From: Lepidodermella squamata
Taxonomy: Eukaryota > Animalia > Gastrotricha
DNA: 64,000 nt
Direction: 5' to 3'
Assembly (NCBI GenBank): GCA_047495785.1
Contig: JBLDXI010000003.1
Location: 3,348,001 to 3,412,000 of the forward strand
Each line of letters starts with the position of its first letter. The first letter of the stretch is position 1. Of the stretch, positions 12,856 to 25,874 are shown piece by piece. A program made the position numbers and the translations under genes. The notes under the pieces were generated by a model, which saw only the letters and a program-made list of their open reading frames with translations, had not been told where the DNA came from and did no database searches.

Positions 12856-14951
12856 ATGTCATCGTATTACTCGGCGATTACTTTCGCGGAGAGTAACCCA
12901 AAAGGACCGTTTGTTGTCGTCGACTACGTCATCCTTACCTTCGCCCTAATCGGCAATTTATTCGCGCTAAATGCCATTATCAAGACTAAATTCGGCCTAA
13001 CAAGCTACCGGTCTTTCCTAATCAGCCTTGCCGCCAGTGATTTATTCCTATGCTGGGTGTGGCTAGCCTATAACGTGTGCCAAGTTCTAGCCGACCGTAT
13101 GTTTCATACGGAAAATCAAGTTGTTTGCTTTATCGACGTTTTTCGCGGCCTTCTGCTGTTCGGCGTCTTCGCCAATTTGTACAACCTCATCGGCATGAGT
13201 TTCGATCACTTTCTCGGCATTGTCTATCCATTGCGCTATCGATATGTGAGTTAAAAAATTCATTAAGCTGGATTTTTTAAATAATCTCAATTTTTTCAGA
13301 TGTTCAATAAAGCGATTGCTCGAGCTGCGATAGCTGCTATTTGGCTGCTGGCATTTATTTCCGGTAATTTCGCGCTCTATTACTATTTTTTTACTCGAAT
13401 GAACTCGATTTTATTATATACAGGGTTTGCGGACATTCCAATATTAGCTGCTGTTTTTACATATCGCAAACCGTCGACGAATTTCAAGCAAAGCATGAAT
13501 TGTTCTGTAATCACGAAGAAAGTTGTGCCTTTAAAACCCGTTGCCGCCTTCAGAGAGTCGTCGAGAAACGTCGATGCTTTTGCGTTTATGCGCACCGATT
13601 TCGACGCATTTAGTACTAATAACATGCCTTACGCGAGTTACGTCGACTGGAACGCGTTCGACTACAACGCGCTGTCATCGATAATTAGAGCGAAATTACC
13701 GGCGAACAGCACGTTATTCTCAGGGTGCGATGAAGATGCCTCGGATAAGCAGCAGGAGTTGTACCGCGAAAGAAATGCGCTCGATTCGCCCGAGCAGGCC
13801 GATCCGACTGACTGGTGCGCGTTTGTCAACTCGAAGAAAATGTGGCTCGAACTACTCGCCGTTATTTGGACGATAGTGTCATTTTTTATTCTAGCGCTAT
13901 GCTACGGCCGCATATTTAAAATGGTTGTTATACAGCGGAAAAATCGCAGCATTCGAAAGCTCATCGCCACGACTTGCCTACTGTTAGGTTTATTTGCAAT
14001 TTGCTGGCTTCCACTTATGTAAGTATACAGAGTCGCGTTCCATTAGGTCGATTAAATTTTTATACTATCGTTATCATCCAGGATTTTTGAAATTACAATG
14101 TGGGCAATAGCTTCGCTGTCGTCGAGGGACAGCCAACTCGCGAAGGATGAAGGGTAAGTGCCTCGAGAGTGAACGGATGAACCAAAGTCAAAATGTATGT
14201 CCTGTATATAGGCTAAAAGCTGTTCATCACGTTTTTCATACGCTTTTTCTACTTCATCCACTGCTGAATCCTATTATTTATGTCGCAAGATTACCGAACG
14301 TTCAGAGGTGAGTATTACCTTAATTTTCCACACATTTGAAAAGCAAGAAAAAATTAATTATTAATTATTTTTATTTTATTTTTTATTTTTTTCTAATTAA
14401 TAATTTATTCATAATTTATTCAAAATTCCTATAATTTTTCTGAATTTTTTTCGATTTTTCTCACCGATTTTAGGGCAATTTTGAGACGATACGGATTTTT
14501 ACTGCCCTGCTGCCGAAAATATGCGGAGCGACTTGGCTCTGGTCAACAATTTGTCATGGCCATGGGATCTTTATCTCGAAAAGTTTCCCGGCCCAACACT
14601 GAAACAATGCATTACTCACTTCGAGCGAGCAGTATTGGCACAATTGATGCCTTTGATCAAGCAACTATCAACTACGGCAATTCTCACCACCTAGGCTCGA
14701 ATGGCAGTTCATTTCAAAATAACAACGGCCGTAATTTTCACACGGCGACGCCGTCGATGAGCGCGTCGAGGCGCGCGAGTTCAGGAGCGGCGAATAATTT
14801 GCAGGAAGAAATGGAAGAGGCCGCTATCGATTTGATGACGACGGAAAATCTCAATGCTGACAATGACGCGAAATCTAATTATGAAGACGCGGCGGAATAT
14901 CAGCCGGCCAAGTTGGATGTTGTTGAAGAAAACGAAACCACTTTGAAATAA
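12856..14951 (+). CDS. Class A (rhodopsin-like) GPCR, orphan; ~564 aa
   Basis: Exons 12856-13245, 13300-13363, 13424-14018, 14082-14153, 14212-14307, 14474-14951. TM1 GN, TM2 SLAASD, TM3 end MSFDHF..IVYPLRY, TM4 W, TM6 FAICWLP, TM7 LNPIIY, palmitoylation-like CC in the tail. Confidence 0.9.
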
Positions 14952-15078
14952 ATCCGCAATTAACGTAATATTAATTTATTCGAAAGAAATAAGTGTATCA
15001 GCAGCGGTAAATATTATAGATGAAGATAAAATTGCTTATAAAAATCAGGTAAAATTGATTCAAGTGACCTCTTGGAGT

Positions 15079-15830
15079 TTATGCTCTCATTTTCAAATGA
15101 ATTTTTTCGGCCCGGTGAATGAGTTGTTGCCAAAGTTTTTCGTCAATCTTGATTTCGACTGAAGCCAAACTGTCCTCTTGACTTTCGGAGGAGTCGGGTC
15201 TGTCATTGCTGTTGGTTTGGGTATGATAAATCGCTGGCGAATTGATCACGTTCTCGCCCTGCCTTGACGATTTAAGCAGGAAGGAGTCAGCTTTTACGTG
15301 GGGATTAGCGTCCTCAATATCCGCGTCTGAATCGAAAAAAATGAATAATACATAAATTAATAAAAAAATATTTTTTTTCATGATTTCAACAAATTTCTAG
15401 TTCTCGGATTTTTTTTCATTCGCAAAAATTAAAGCGTGAAATTAACAGAAGTTGAAGGGGAAAATGAATTAAAAATGCTACTATAATTTAAAATCGAAAA
15501 TTACAAACGTTGATCTGGAGCCTTTTCATCGATAGTCATCTCCAGAAAGGTTTGGGGCAATGTCGTCAGATCGAATCCACGCGTCGGCTCGTTCGTTGTC
15601 GTTGATACTTCAGTGGTTGCTTCAGTGGTTGCTTCCGCTGTCGTCACTGTTGTATCGATTTTCTGTGTCGTAGTGACGAACCACCAGCGATTCCACTTCG
15701 GAGCACCATCAACAACAGAAATGGAAGCTAACATGGTCGTAAAAATATCAGCTGAGGGGCATCATTTTTCTTATAATTTACCGAGGCAAAATAGCATCGT
15801 GATGATTGTAAACTTCAAACAGGGTTTCAT
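15079..15830 (-). CDS. Secreted cluster gene A: signal peptide, KWNRWW peptide, Thr-rich acidic region; ~171 aa
   Basis: Exons 15830-15782, 15727-15509, 15326-15079. Spliced N-terminus MKPCLKFTIITMLFCLASISVVDG-APKWNRWW; length divisible by 3. Confidence 0.75.
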
Positions 15831-16235
15831 TCGTTTAGCGTATTATGGTTGTTAAGATGAAAATGGCGAAGTTGAGGTCGATGTTCGATGAAATAATCAG
15901 TGAGATTTGTCGATCATTTGAAGTTCAACTCAGCGCAAAATTAGGTGACCTAGAGCCACACAAAGTATTTCATATTTTGAACAAGCACGTGCCACTCCAC
16001 GCGACTTCAGTAATCGCATGCAACCTACTTTCTCTGAAAAAAGTTAAAAAATTGTGAAAAAGTTCCAAATTAATAAGAAAAAATATTGGAGTAATAGTTC
16101 ATTTTATTGTTCGGCTTTTGAAAAAAATGTAAAATTGAAAGTAAAACCAATCGCGTGTAATAAATATTTGGTCATCAATAATTATATGAAAAGTTCAATT
16201 GTAAAATAGAAAATGATAAAACTGAGAGCAGAAGT

Positions 16236-18035
16236 CTACGAGCAATCGGATGAGGCTGATTTGACAATGGGAATCTTCGGCTCATCCGACGCGCAGCTGA
16301 TTGAAGCTGTTTTCGCTTTGTTCTTAGCAGCAGGCTTGCGTTGTTTCGTGACTTTGTGACGCGGTTTTTCCGAGACAGCGCTGCTGCTGATGCTGTCGAA
16401 GTTAATTTCGGGATACGAATTGCTAACATCCTCAAGCGACTTGATGGAAGGAATTGTTTTGACGCGTTTTCTGATGCGCTGTTTAGTCGGACGGATTGAT
16501 TTAGCCTTAAAGGTCTTCCGTCGCCGGGCTCTTTTGTCTTCGATCGAAGATGTGGCTGATTTTGGCTGATGGACCCGATCCTTACGAGCCTTGCGAACTG
16601 TTTTTCGTGGAAACTTGGTCCGATTCACAGATGAAGCTCTCTTCCTTGGTTTCTTCCCCTCACGATCAGGCCGTTTAACTGAAACCGAATCAGATTTTTT
16701 GACTATCTTGCTCGGTTTCTTCCTGATGTGATCTTCGTTTGAGCTGAACCGCTGTTTGACCTTCAAATCTTTGCTGCCGTATTTTCGACGAATTTTCGGC
16801 GAGCTCGATTCAGACTTTTCAGATTTTGCCGCCGCTGAAGCCGAATCGGATATTTTGTCTTTCTTGCTTGGTATCTTCTTAATTTCATCTTCGATTGAGC
16901 TGAACCGCTGCTTGACCTTCAATTTTTTGCTGCCGGATTTTCGACGCATTTTAGGCAAGCTCGATTCAGATTTTTCCGATTTGTTGACAGCCAAAATTCG
17001 ACCTCTTCTCGAGCCCTTGATGTTACTATGAATTCTTCTACGAATAATTGGAGATCGGCGCTTCTTGATTTCAGGCGAAGCTGATGAGACAGAAGCCACT
17101 TTCACCGGCCTCTTCGTCTTAATCCGGCGGTTTTTCTTCTTCGGTCCAGATTTTTGCAAACGGATAGTTTTCCCCTTGAAGGGATCGACTTGAGCGATGT
17201 CAATTTCGGAAGTAACGGGAGCAACATCTTCGTTTTGCTTTGCGCTAGATTGAGCTAATGAGTTAAAAATTCCTCCTTAATAATTCGCATAAAAGGTCAC
17301 ATCAAATTTTATTACTTTCATCGTGTTGGTTCAGCCCGCTGACCTGAATTTGATTGCTTTGACCTATATTGACGTCTGTTTCGATCTGTTTGTTAAATTC
17401 ACCAGCTTCGGCCTTGTTTTCCACAAGATGATTGAATGAGTGAGGTGAGATGACTTCGATGTTCGTATCAAACACTGGATAAACTGGATCTGTTTGGTCC
17501 TTTTGTTTGGTGTTAGGTTGAGCTGGAGATGTGACACAGGGAAAAATGAAGTTCGAACTTTGAAAATTCTTTAAAAATTACCATCCTCAGCGTGGTCAGT
17601 TTTTTGAACCTCGCCATTATCCGTAACGAAGGCTTCAGCTCTCTGCTGCCCTTGCTCATCATTTGTATAAACATGCGTGATGGCAGCTTCGATGCCACCC
17701 GGCTGAGGTGGCGGTTCATTTGGACCATTTATTGGAATGTTGGAAATCGGTTGGTTTGTTGTAGGAGCGTTTTCGCCTTTATCGCCGTTTTTAGTATCTA
17801 GATTGTCGCCAGCAGTACCGGGAGATCGGCTGACTGGGCGAACATTCCACCAGCGATTCCATTTTGAAGCGACCCCGGCCTCAATCAAAGTCACTGAAAT
17901 ATTAAAAATTGAACATAATTATCTTTTTTTCCTACTGCACTTAAAAAAATGAAATTCGGATAATTTATGTTCAAATAACGAACCTGAGCATAAAATGGTA
18001 AAAATAACAAAAATTGTTTTAAAAAATGGTCGCAT
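16236..18035 (-). CDS. Secreted cluster gene B: signal peptide, KWNRWW peptide, acidic N-half, very Lys/Arg/Ser-rich C-half; ~529 aa
   Basis: Exons 18035-17984, 17893-17582, 17522-17316, 17254-16236, all introns phase 1. MRPFFKTIFVIFTILCSVTLIEA-GVASKWNRWW. Internal duplication KSEKSESS.PK.RRK.GSK.LKVKQRFSS.ED.I.K.PSK. Confidence 0.8.
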
Positions 18036-18699
18036 TGAGTGATTCGAACTGTGATTGATGATAAAATATATAGAAAAACAAAACTCGTTAAATTGAAAAT
18101 GCTAATAAGCCCGATTTGAAACTTTCACTCGGATTCAACCCCACGACACGCGATGTGTGTAAAACGACGCACGCGAACAGGTGAAAAAATATGGAGATTC
18201 ATGATAAACAATCCACTTTGAATTTGCTTTTTGCTTTTAGAATTTTTTTCTTCTTTTGGGCTTCTGATTTGTGCGTCCTATCGAGTAAGTTTGTCAATAT
18301 AACCAACGCCGGATCAACGCAAAATGAGCTTCTCGCAAATCAGCTTCTAGAAGAATCGAAATCGATTAGTGTCTGACCTAAATCTCAAATGAGGATCAAA
18401 ATAATTCTCACTCGACATGCGCGTAAAAGTTGGAAAGCAAAAAAATTAATTTAGATTTTTTCAAGCATTTTTATTGAATGAGCAATGATTAAAAGGTAAA
18501 TATTAATTACTGAAACTTCATTCACATCGGGAAATATATGTTTTGTCTGGAAAGAAGTTCATAAAAGCAATAAAATTTGAATGTATGCATCAACATAATG
18601 AAGATAAATCATCAATTTTTCAATATAATAAATCACGGGGATTCGTCTTTCGATAAAATAGTGTCTTCAGGGTACGATGCCGCGTTGATGTTGAGCGAG

Positions 18700-21600
18700 T
18701 CATTTGCCATGGGACAGCGGTTTGCAGACACCTGCAGCTGGCTTCTGCTTGACAAGAAGTTGAAGCAACAATTTCTTGCTGACTTTAGTTTTGACGTTGA
18801 CTTCCATTGAAACGAGTTGAGACTTATTACCAGGGCATGCGCGTTTGCTATCAGAGCTGCGGCTCGATTTTGGTTTCAACATGTGGCTGCGACTCCTGCA
18901 AAATAACAGGCTTTGAAGCAATAGTGAGCAAATAATCAAAAACATTACTTGTGTGGATGCTCCGAGCGACTACGTTTCGGCTTCGGTTTGGAGAGAGCAG
19001 AGCGACTCGGCTTCCTAGATAGCTTCCTCGTTGGCTTCGGGTGGCTGCCGCTCGAACCGTTGGGTTTGCCAGTAGGCTTCGGATGGCTGGCAGTCGAGCT
19101 GTTCGGTTTGCCAGTGGGCTTCGGCTTACGAGTAGGCTTCGGGTGGCTGGCAGTCGAGCTGTTCGGTTTGCCAGTGGGCTTCGGCTTACGAGTAGGCTTC
19201 GGGTGGCTGGCAGTCGAGCTATTCGGATTGCCAGTGGGCTTCGGCTTACGAGTCGGCTTCGGGTGGCTGGCAGTCGAGCTATTCGGATTGCCAGTGGGCT
19301 TCGGCTTACGAGTAGGCTTCGGGTGGCTGGCGGTCGAGCTATTCGGCTTACGAGTAGGCTTCGGTTGGCTGGCAGTCGAGCTGTTCGGTTTGCCAGTGGG
19401 CTTCGGCTTACGAGTAGGCTTCGGGTGGCTGCCGCTCGAACCGTTGGGTTTGCCAGTAGGCTTCGGATGGCTGGCAGACGAGCTATTCGGTTTGCCAGTG
19501 GGCTTCGGCTTACGAGTAGGCTTCGGGTGGCTGGCAGTCGAGCTATTCGGATTGCCAGTGGGCTTCGGCTTACGAGTCGGCTTCGGGTGGCTGGCAGTCG
19601 AGCTATTCGGATTGCCAGTGGGCTTCGGCTTACGAGTAGGCTTCGGGTGGCTGGCGGTCGAGCTATTCGGCTTACGAGTAGGCTTCGGTTGGCTGGCAGT
19701 CGAGCTGTTCGGTTTGCCAGTGGGCTTCGGCTTCCTCGTAGGCTTCGGGTGGCTGGCAGTCGAGCTATTCGGATTGCCAGTGGGCTTCGGCTTACGAGTA
19801 GGCTTCGGGTGGCTGGCAGTCGAGCTATTCGGATTGCCAGTGGGCTTCGGCTTACGAGTAGGCTTCGGGTGGCTGGCAGTCGAGCTGTTCGGTTTGCCAG
19901 TGGGCTTCGGCTTACGAGTAGGCTTCGGGTGGCTGGCAGTCGAGCTGTTCGGTTTGCCAGTGGGCTTCGGCTTACGAGTAGGCTTCGGGTGGCTGGCAGT
20001 CGAGCTGTTCGGTTTGCCAGTGGGCTTCGGCTTACGAGTAGGCTCCGGGTGGCTGGCAGTCGAGCTATTCGGATTGCCAGTGGGCTTCGGCTTACGAGTA
20101 GGCTTCGGGTGGCTGGCAGTCGAGCTATTCGGTTTGCCAGTGGGCTTCGGCTTACGAGTAGGCTTCGGGTGGCTGGCAGTCGAGCTGTTCGGTTTGCCAG
20201 TGGGCTTCGGCTTACGAGTAGGCTTCGGGTGGCTGGCAGTCGAGCTGTTCGGTTTGCCAGTGGGCTTCGGCTTACGAGTAGGCTTCGGGTGGCTGGCAGT
20301 CGAGCTATTCGGATTGCCAGTGGGCTTCGGCTTACGAGTCGGCTTCGGGTGGCTGGCAGTCGAGCTATTCGGATTGCCAGTGGGCTTCGGCTTACGAGTA
20401 GGCTTCGGGTGGCTGGCGGTCGAGCTATTCGGCTTACGAGTAGGCTTCGGTTGGCTGGCAGTCGAGCTGTTCGGTTTGCCAGTGGGCTTCGGCTTCCTCG
20501 TAGGCTTCGGGTGGCTGGCAGTCGAGCTATTCGGATTGCCAGTGGGCTTCGGCTTACGAGTAGGCTTCGGGTGGCTGGCAGTCGAGCTATTCGGATTGCC
20601 AGTGGGCTTCGGCTTACGAGTAGGCTTCGGGTGGCTGGCAGTCGAGCTGTTCGGTTTGCCAGTGGGCTTCGGCTTACGAGTAGGCTTCGGGTGGCTGGCA
20701 GTCGAGCTGTTCGGTTTGCCAGTGGGCTTCGGCTTACGAGTAGGCTTCGGGTGGCTGGCAGTCGAGCTGTTCGGTTTGCCAGTGGGCTTCGGCTTACGAG
20801 TAGGCTCCGGGTGGCTGGCAGTCGAGCTATTCGGATTGCCAGTGGGCTTCGGCTTACGAGTAGGCTTCGGGTGGCTGGCAGTCGAGCTATTCGGTTTGCC
20901 AGTGGGCTTCGGCTTACGAGTAGGCTTCGGGTGGCTGGCAGTCGAGCTGTTCGGTTTGCCAGTGGGCTTCGGCTTACGAGTAGGCTTCGGGTGGCTGGCA
21001 GTCGAGCTGTTCGGTTTGCCAGTGGGCTTCGGCTTACGAGTAGGCTTCGGGTGGCTGGCAGTCGAGCTGTTCGGTTTGCCAGTGGGCTTCGGCTTACGAG
21101 TAGGCTTCGGGTGGCTGGCAGTCGAGCTGTTCGGTTTGCCAGTGGGCTTCGGCTTACGAGTAGGCTTCGGGTGGCTGGCGGTCGAGCTATTCGGCTTACG
21201 AGTAGGCTTCGGTTGGCTGGCAGTCGAGCTGTTCGGTTTGCCAGTGGGCTTCGGCTTACGAGTAGGCTTCGGGTGGCTGGCAGTCGAGCTGTTCGGTTTG
21301 CCAGTGGGCTTCGGCTTACGAGTAGGCTTCGGGTGGCTGGCAGTCGAGCTGTTCGGTTTGCCAGTGGGCTTCGGCTTCCGAGTCGGCTTTGGATGGCTAA
21401 CAGCCGAGCTATTCGGATTGCCAGTGGGCTTCGGCTTACGAGTAGGCTTCGGGTGGCTGGCAGTCGAGCTGTTCGGTTTGCCAGTGGGCTTCGGCTTACG
21501 AGTCGGCTTTGGATGGCTGCCGCTCGAACCGTTGGGTTTGCCAGTAGGCTTCGGATGGCTGGCAGACGAGCTATTCGGTTTGCCAGTGGGCTTCGGCTTC

Positions 21601-24600
21601 CTCGTAGGCTTCGGATGGCTGGCAGTCGAGCTGTTCGGTTTGCCAGTGGGCTTCGGCTTACGAGTAGGCTTCGGGTGGCTGGCAGTCGAGCTGTTCGGTT
21701 TGCCAGTGGGCTTCGGCTTACGAGTAGGCTTCGGGTGGCTGGCAGTCGAGCTATTCGGATTGCCAGTGGGCTTCGGCTTACGAGTAGGCTTCGGGTGGCT
21801 GGCAGTCGAGCTATTCGGATTGCCAGTGGGCTTCGGCTTACGAGTAGGCTTCGGGTGGCTGGCAGTCGAGCTGTTCGGTTTGCCAGTGGGCTTCGGCTTA
21901 CGAGTAGGCTCCGGGTGGCTGGCAGTCGAGCTATTCGGATTGCCAGTGGGCTTCGGCTTACGAGTAGGCTTCGGGTGGCTGGCAGTCGAGCTATTCGGAT
22001 TGCCAGTGGGCTTCGGCTTACGAGTAGGCTTCGGGTGGCTGGCAGTCGAGCTGTTCGGTTTGCCAGTGGGCTTCGGCTTACGAGTAGGCTTCGGGTGGCT
22101 GGCAGTCGAGCTGTTCGGTTTGCCAGTGGGCTTCGGCTTACGAGTAGGCTTCGGGTGGCTGGCAGTCGAGCTGTTCGGTTTGCCAGTGGGCTTCGGCTTA
22201 CGAGTAGGCTTCGGGTGGCTGGCAGTCGAGCTGTTCGGTTTGCCAGTGGGCTTCGGCTTACGAGTATGCTTCGGGTGGCTGGCGGTCGAGCTATTCGGCT
22301 TACGAGTAGGCTTCGGTTGGCTGGCAGTCGAGCTGTTCGGTTTGCCAGTGGGCTTCGGCTTACGAGTAGGCTTCGGGTGGCTGGCAGTCGAGCTGTTCGG
22401 TTTGCCAGTGGGCTTCGGCTTACGAGTAGGCTTCGGGTGGCTGGCAGTCGAGCTGTTCGGTTTGCCAGTGGGCTTCGGCTTCCGAGTCGGCTTTGGATGG
22501 CTAACAGCCGAGCTATTCGGATTGCCAGTGGGCTTCGGCTTACGAGTAGGCTTCGGGTGGCTGGCAGTCGAGCTGTTCGGTTTGCCAGTGGGCTTCGGCT
22601 TACGAGTCGGCTTTGGATGGCTGCCGCTCGAACCGTTGGGTTTGCCAGTAGGCTTCGGATGGCTGGCAGACGAGCTATTCGGTTTGCCAGTGGGCTTCGG
22701 CTTCCTCGTAGGCTTCGGATGGCTGGCAGTCGAGCTGTTCGGTTTGCCAGTGGGCTTCGGCTTACGAGTAGGCTTCGGGTGGCTGGCAGTCGAGCTGTTC
22801 GGTTTGCCAGTGGGCTTCGGCTTACGAGTAGGCTTCGGGTGGCTGGCAGTCGAGCTATTCGGATTGCCAGTGGGCTTCGGCTTACGAGTAGGCTTCGGAT
22901 GGCTGGCAGACGAGCTGTTGGGTTTGCCAGTAGGCTTCGGATGGCTGGCAGACGAGCGATTCGGTTTGCCAGTGGGCTTCGGCTTACGAGTAGGCTTCGG
23001 GTGGCTGGCAGTCGAGCTGTTCGGATTGCCGATGGGCTTATGCTTCGAATCCCCATCAGAATGATAAGGTGGCGATTTCCGAGTCGGCTTCGGAGGTCTA
23101 GCTGTCCAGCTATCCGTCGTCGAGTGACTTTCAGGCGAGTCAATTTGCGGCTTTCGAATATGCTTCTGATGGCTAGCAGTTGCGCTCTTTGGTCTCTTCC
23201 TTGCCTTCGGTTTACTAACAGCCGAGCTACCCGGCTTGTCAGTGGGCTTTGGCGTCTTCGTCGGCTTCAGTAGGCTAGCCGTCGAGCTATTCGGTTTGCC
23301 AGTGGGCTTCGGCTTCCTGGTCGGGTTCCGATGGCTAACAGCCGAGCTATTCGGCTTGCTAGTAGGCTTCGGCCGACTCGTGGGCTTCGGATTGCTAGCA
23401 GTCGAAGTATTCGGCTTCTTGGATGGCTTAGGTTTGCTAGTTGTCGACCGAATAGGCTTGTGTGTTGATTTCCGTTTTCCGGCAGTCGAACGAGTCGGCT
23501 TGTAAGTTGGCATCGGATTGCTAGCACTGGAACGAGTGATCTCGCGAATGAGATGCGGATGGCTCCATGCCAAATCCCTACATCGCCATACATCGCATAA
23601 TGTTAATGTTCATCAAAATGTTCTTCTATATTTCTAAAATTCTTATAAACGACTTCATGGTTAACGAATTCATGTCGAAACAATTTTCTTGCAGTAGTTC
23701 TTGATTACATTATCAGTCTAATGATGCTAATAATCTTACGCCATATTTTGGGAATCACTCCCACTAATCATCTCCCCGATATTCCCATTAGACTGCTTAG
23801 GTTCTGACGACACGCCTGGAACTCGCGTCGGTTTATCACCGCCATCCTCTTGTCGTTTGTGCGGCTTTGTGATTGCTGGTATCGTCGTAGCAACCTCTTC
23901 GTTTTGTGGCTTGTGAGTCGTTGCAGTCGGATTTTCTTGTTGAGATACAGTGCACGTTGTTGCTTCGACTTCGTTTTGTTGCGTCACCGGTTTGGTAACC
24001 TCTTCGTTCTCATTCATGTTCTTCGCGCGCTTTGTCGATTCACCAACATCGCGCGGCTTTCCAGACTTGCCACCTTGAAAATCAATAAATGCCAAAAATT
24101 CAGATTAAATCAAAACATTTAGAAAAAGTTAAGCAATATACTGATAAATTTTGACATCAACGCACAAATAATAAGGAATTGAATTTTAAATAATCAGAAA
24201 ACTCACTTTCAGATAAAATTGTCTTCGCTTTGGCTTCATCTTTTTCTGTTGGGTTATCGCGTTGCGTCTTCAGACTGGTGACGGCATTTTTCTTCGACTT
24301 TTCCGCTCGCATAGCCCCGGGCGACTCTGGTGGCGGGACAGGTTCATCCCCTTCGGCGGCAGCAAAATCGCACCAAGCTATATTGAAAAAGATGTTTCAT
24401 TTACATTTCTCTCATGAAAACATTTTATGGGACTTGAAAATGTGCGTGAAAAAAATGTACGCTAAATTTGGTTATAAATTGGGACGTAGTAAATTTGGAC
24501 AACTCGCAAGTGTGAAAATAATCATCTCATTTTGAAAAAATTCTGCGCGTTTCAATAAAATTGTGCATATCATAATGCGTGCCCAAAATTACACCCCGAT

Positions 24601-25130
24601 GTCCCAATTTACCGATACTCACTTGTATTATTTAAAAGTAAAATTTAAAAATTCCGAAATTTTCTGTAGCTATAGGAAATCGGCACCTCGGCATGCCGCG
24701 CAAATTCCAAATTTTTTCCTGATTTTCTAGACCTAGAAAACATGTGAAAAATAAGAGCTTTTATATTCTTAAAAATTCAAATATAGCATTCGCTCAAAAA
24801 ATATAGTGTTAGTACCCATGCTCATGCGATATTTATAGATATAGTACTCGTAATTCATTCATATCTGGATTCTCCGCACTCGATTTGGTCATGCCGACTC
24901 GGCTCCGCCTCGTCAGCATGCCCACATCTCGGGCTACGAATCTCAGATATGAATAAAAAACTCGTACAATATCATACAAATATGATTCCTATTTTTAATT
25001 TCTCTTGAAAGAATTCGAAACAAATAGTCTCGAGCATCTCCATAGGCGGATCCTGTAAATAATCTAATCTAAACCATGTCTTACCGGTGCAGATTATAGC
25101 TGCTGCCAAAACAGCTAGCTGAAACTTCAT
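18700..25130 (-). CDS. Secreted cluster gene C: giant Lys/Pro/Ser/Thr tandem-repeat protein (unit [20 protein letters not shown]); ~1,791 aa
   Basis: Exons 25130-25085, 24377-24207, 24073-23740, 23577-18949, 18895-18700; total 5,376 nt, frame-consistent. Signal peptide [23 protein letters not shown]. The splice sites select the KPKPTG frame among four open frames. Confidence 0.8.
19031..23030. repeat. Coding tandem array of 60-bp units with 42-bp variants (~70 units) and higher-order periods of 762 and 1,104 bp
   Basis: Consensus ggcttcgggtggctggcagtcgagctgttcggtttgccagtgggcttcggcttacgagta. Diagnostic variants recur at 19654/20416/21178/22282 and 20041/20803/21907. Confidence 0.95.
24857..24954. 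repeat. Imperfect palindromic element (MITE-like) in intron 1 of gene C
   Basis: Outer arms ATTCATATCTG / CAGATATGAAT; inner stem CATGCCGAC..GTCAGCATG. Confidence 0.55.
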
Positions 25131-25874
25131 GCCGCGATTTTGTTCGATAAAATAATAAAAATTGTTTTCGGTGAGGTAAAATGTATAAAATTATCGAAAT
25201 AAAATAGAAAATTTGTAACGCTAAGATGAAGAAAACGGTGTGCTACCTCGTGTTTTTAAGTCGATGGACGTGAAGAACCAGCTCGGTTCCAGCCATTTGG
25301 TATGGCGCAATTCACGTAGCCTGGTTTGAAAGCGTGCCGCCGCGCGTGCCGGGCCTCAAAATGACCTTACGATTTGTCTGAATATTTTTCAAAACAAGTT
25401 GGGATAAACAAGGCTGGGTTGCGTAATCAGTCAAAACCTTACTGGTTCACGCTACAAGCCTGAGCTAACAAGGGCAAAAAATCCGCGCCAAATTTTTTAT
25501 GAGTTGAGAATTGTTTAACCCATTTTTTCCGTACAAATATTTTACAAGATCCAATAGAGATGGAGATTTGAATAAGGTGAGATTCAAAATTACCGTAATC
25601 GAAAAAAAGATTCTTTGAAAGTAAAATCCCATGGAGTACTTGATGTTGGCACAGTAGATAAAGAGTATGAGCACGATCTCGGGATAATTTGTCCGAATCG
25701 AACTATTCCGAATCGCTTTTATACTTCGCATGACGCAGCGGATTATGATAGGATTTTCGATGGGAATTCCAATCGGCTGCGCAGGCTCCCAAATCCATCC
25801 AAAGCTCTTCCGAATGTCCAAAATTCAGCCATAACTATTTAATCCGAAACTCAGCGGCTCTTCTTATATTGCTA

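Noticed and set aside
16236-17159. Protamine or histone H1-like nuclear protein
   Set aside because: The basic region is the last exon of a gene with a signal peptide; no winged-helix domain is visible.
19031-23030. Possible CRISPR array
   Set aside because: No unique spacers; contiguous coding tandem repeat in an intron-containing eukaryotic gene.
18851-23273. Three additional >1,300-aa ORFs over the 60-bp array (two on +, one on -), including a hydrophobic [20 protein letters not shown] repeat
   Set aside because: Shadow frames: a stop-free 60-bp unit stays open when repeated. Only the KPKPTG frame connects by splice sites to a signal-peptide exon and a terminal exon.
25465-25842. Short overlapping ORFs between genes C and D
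   Set aside because: No recognisable motif or convincing splice partners; adjacent to a transposon.
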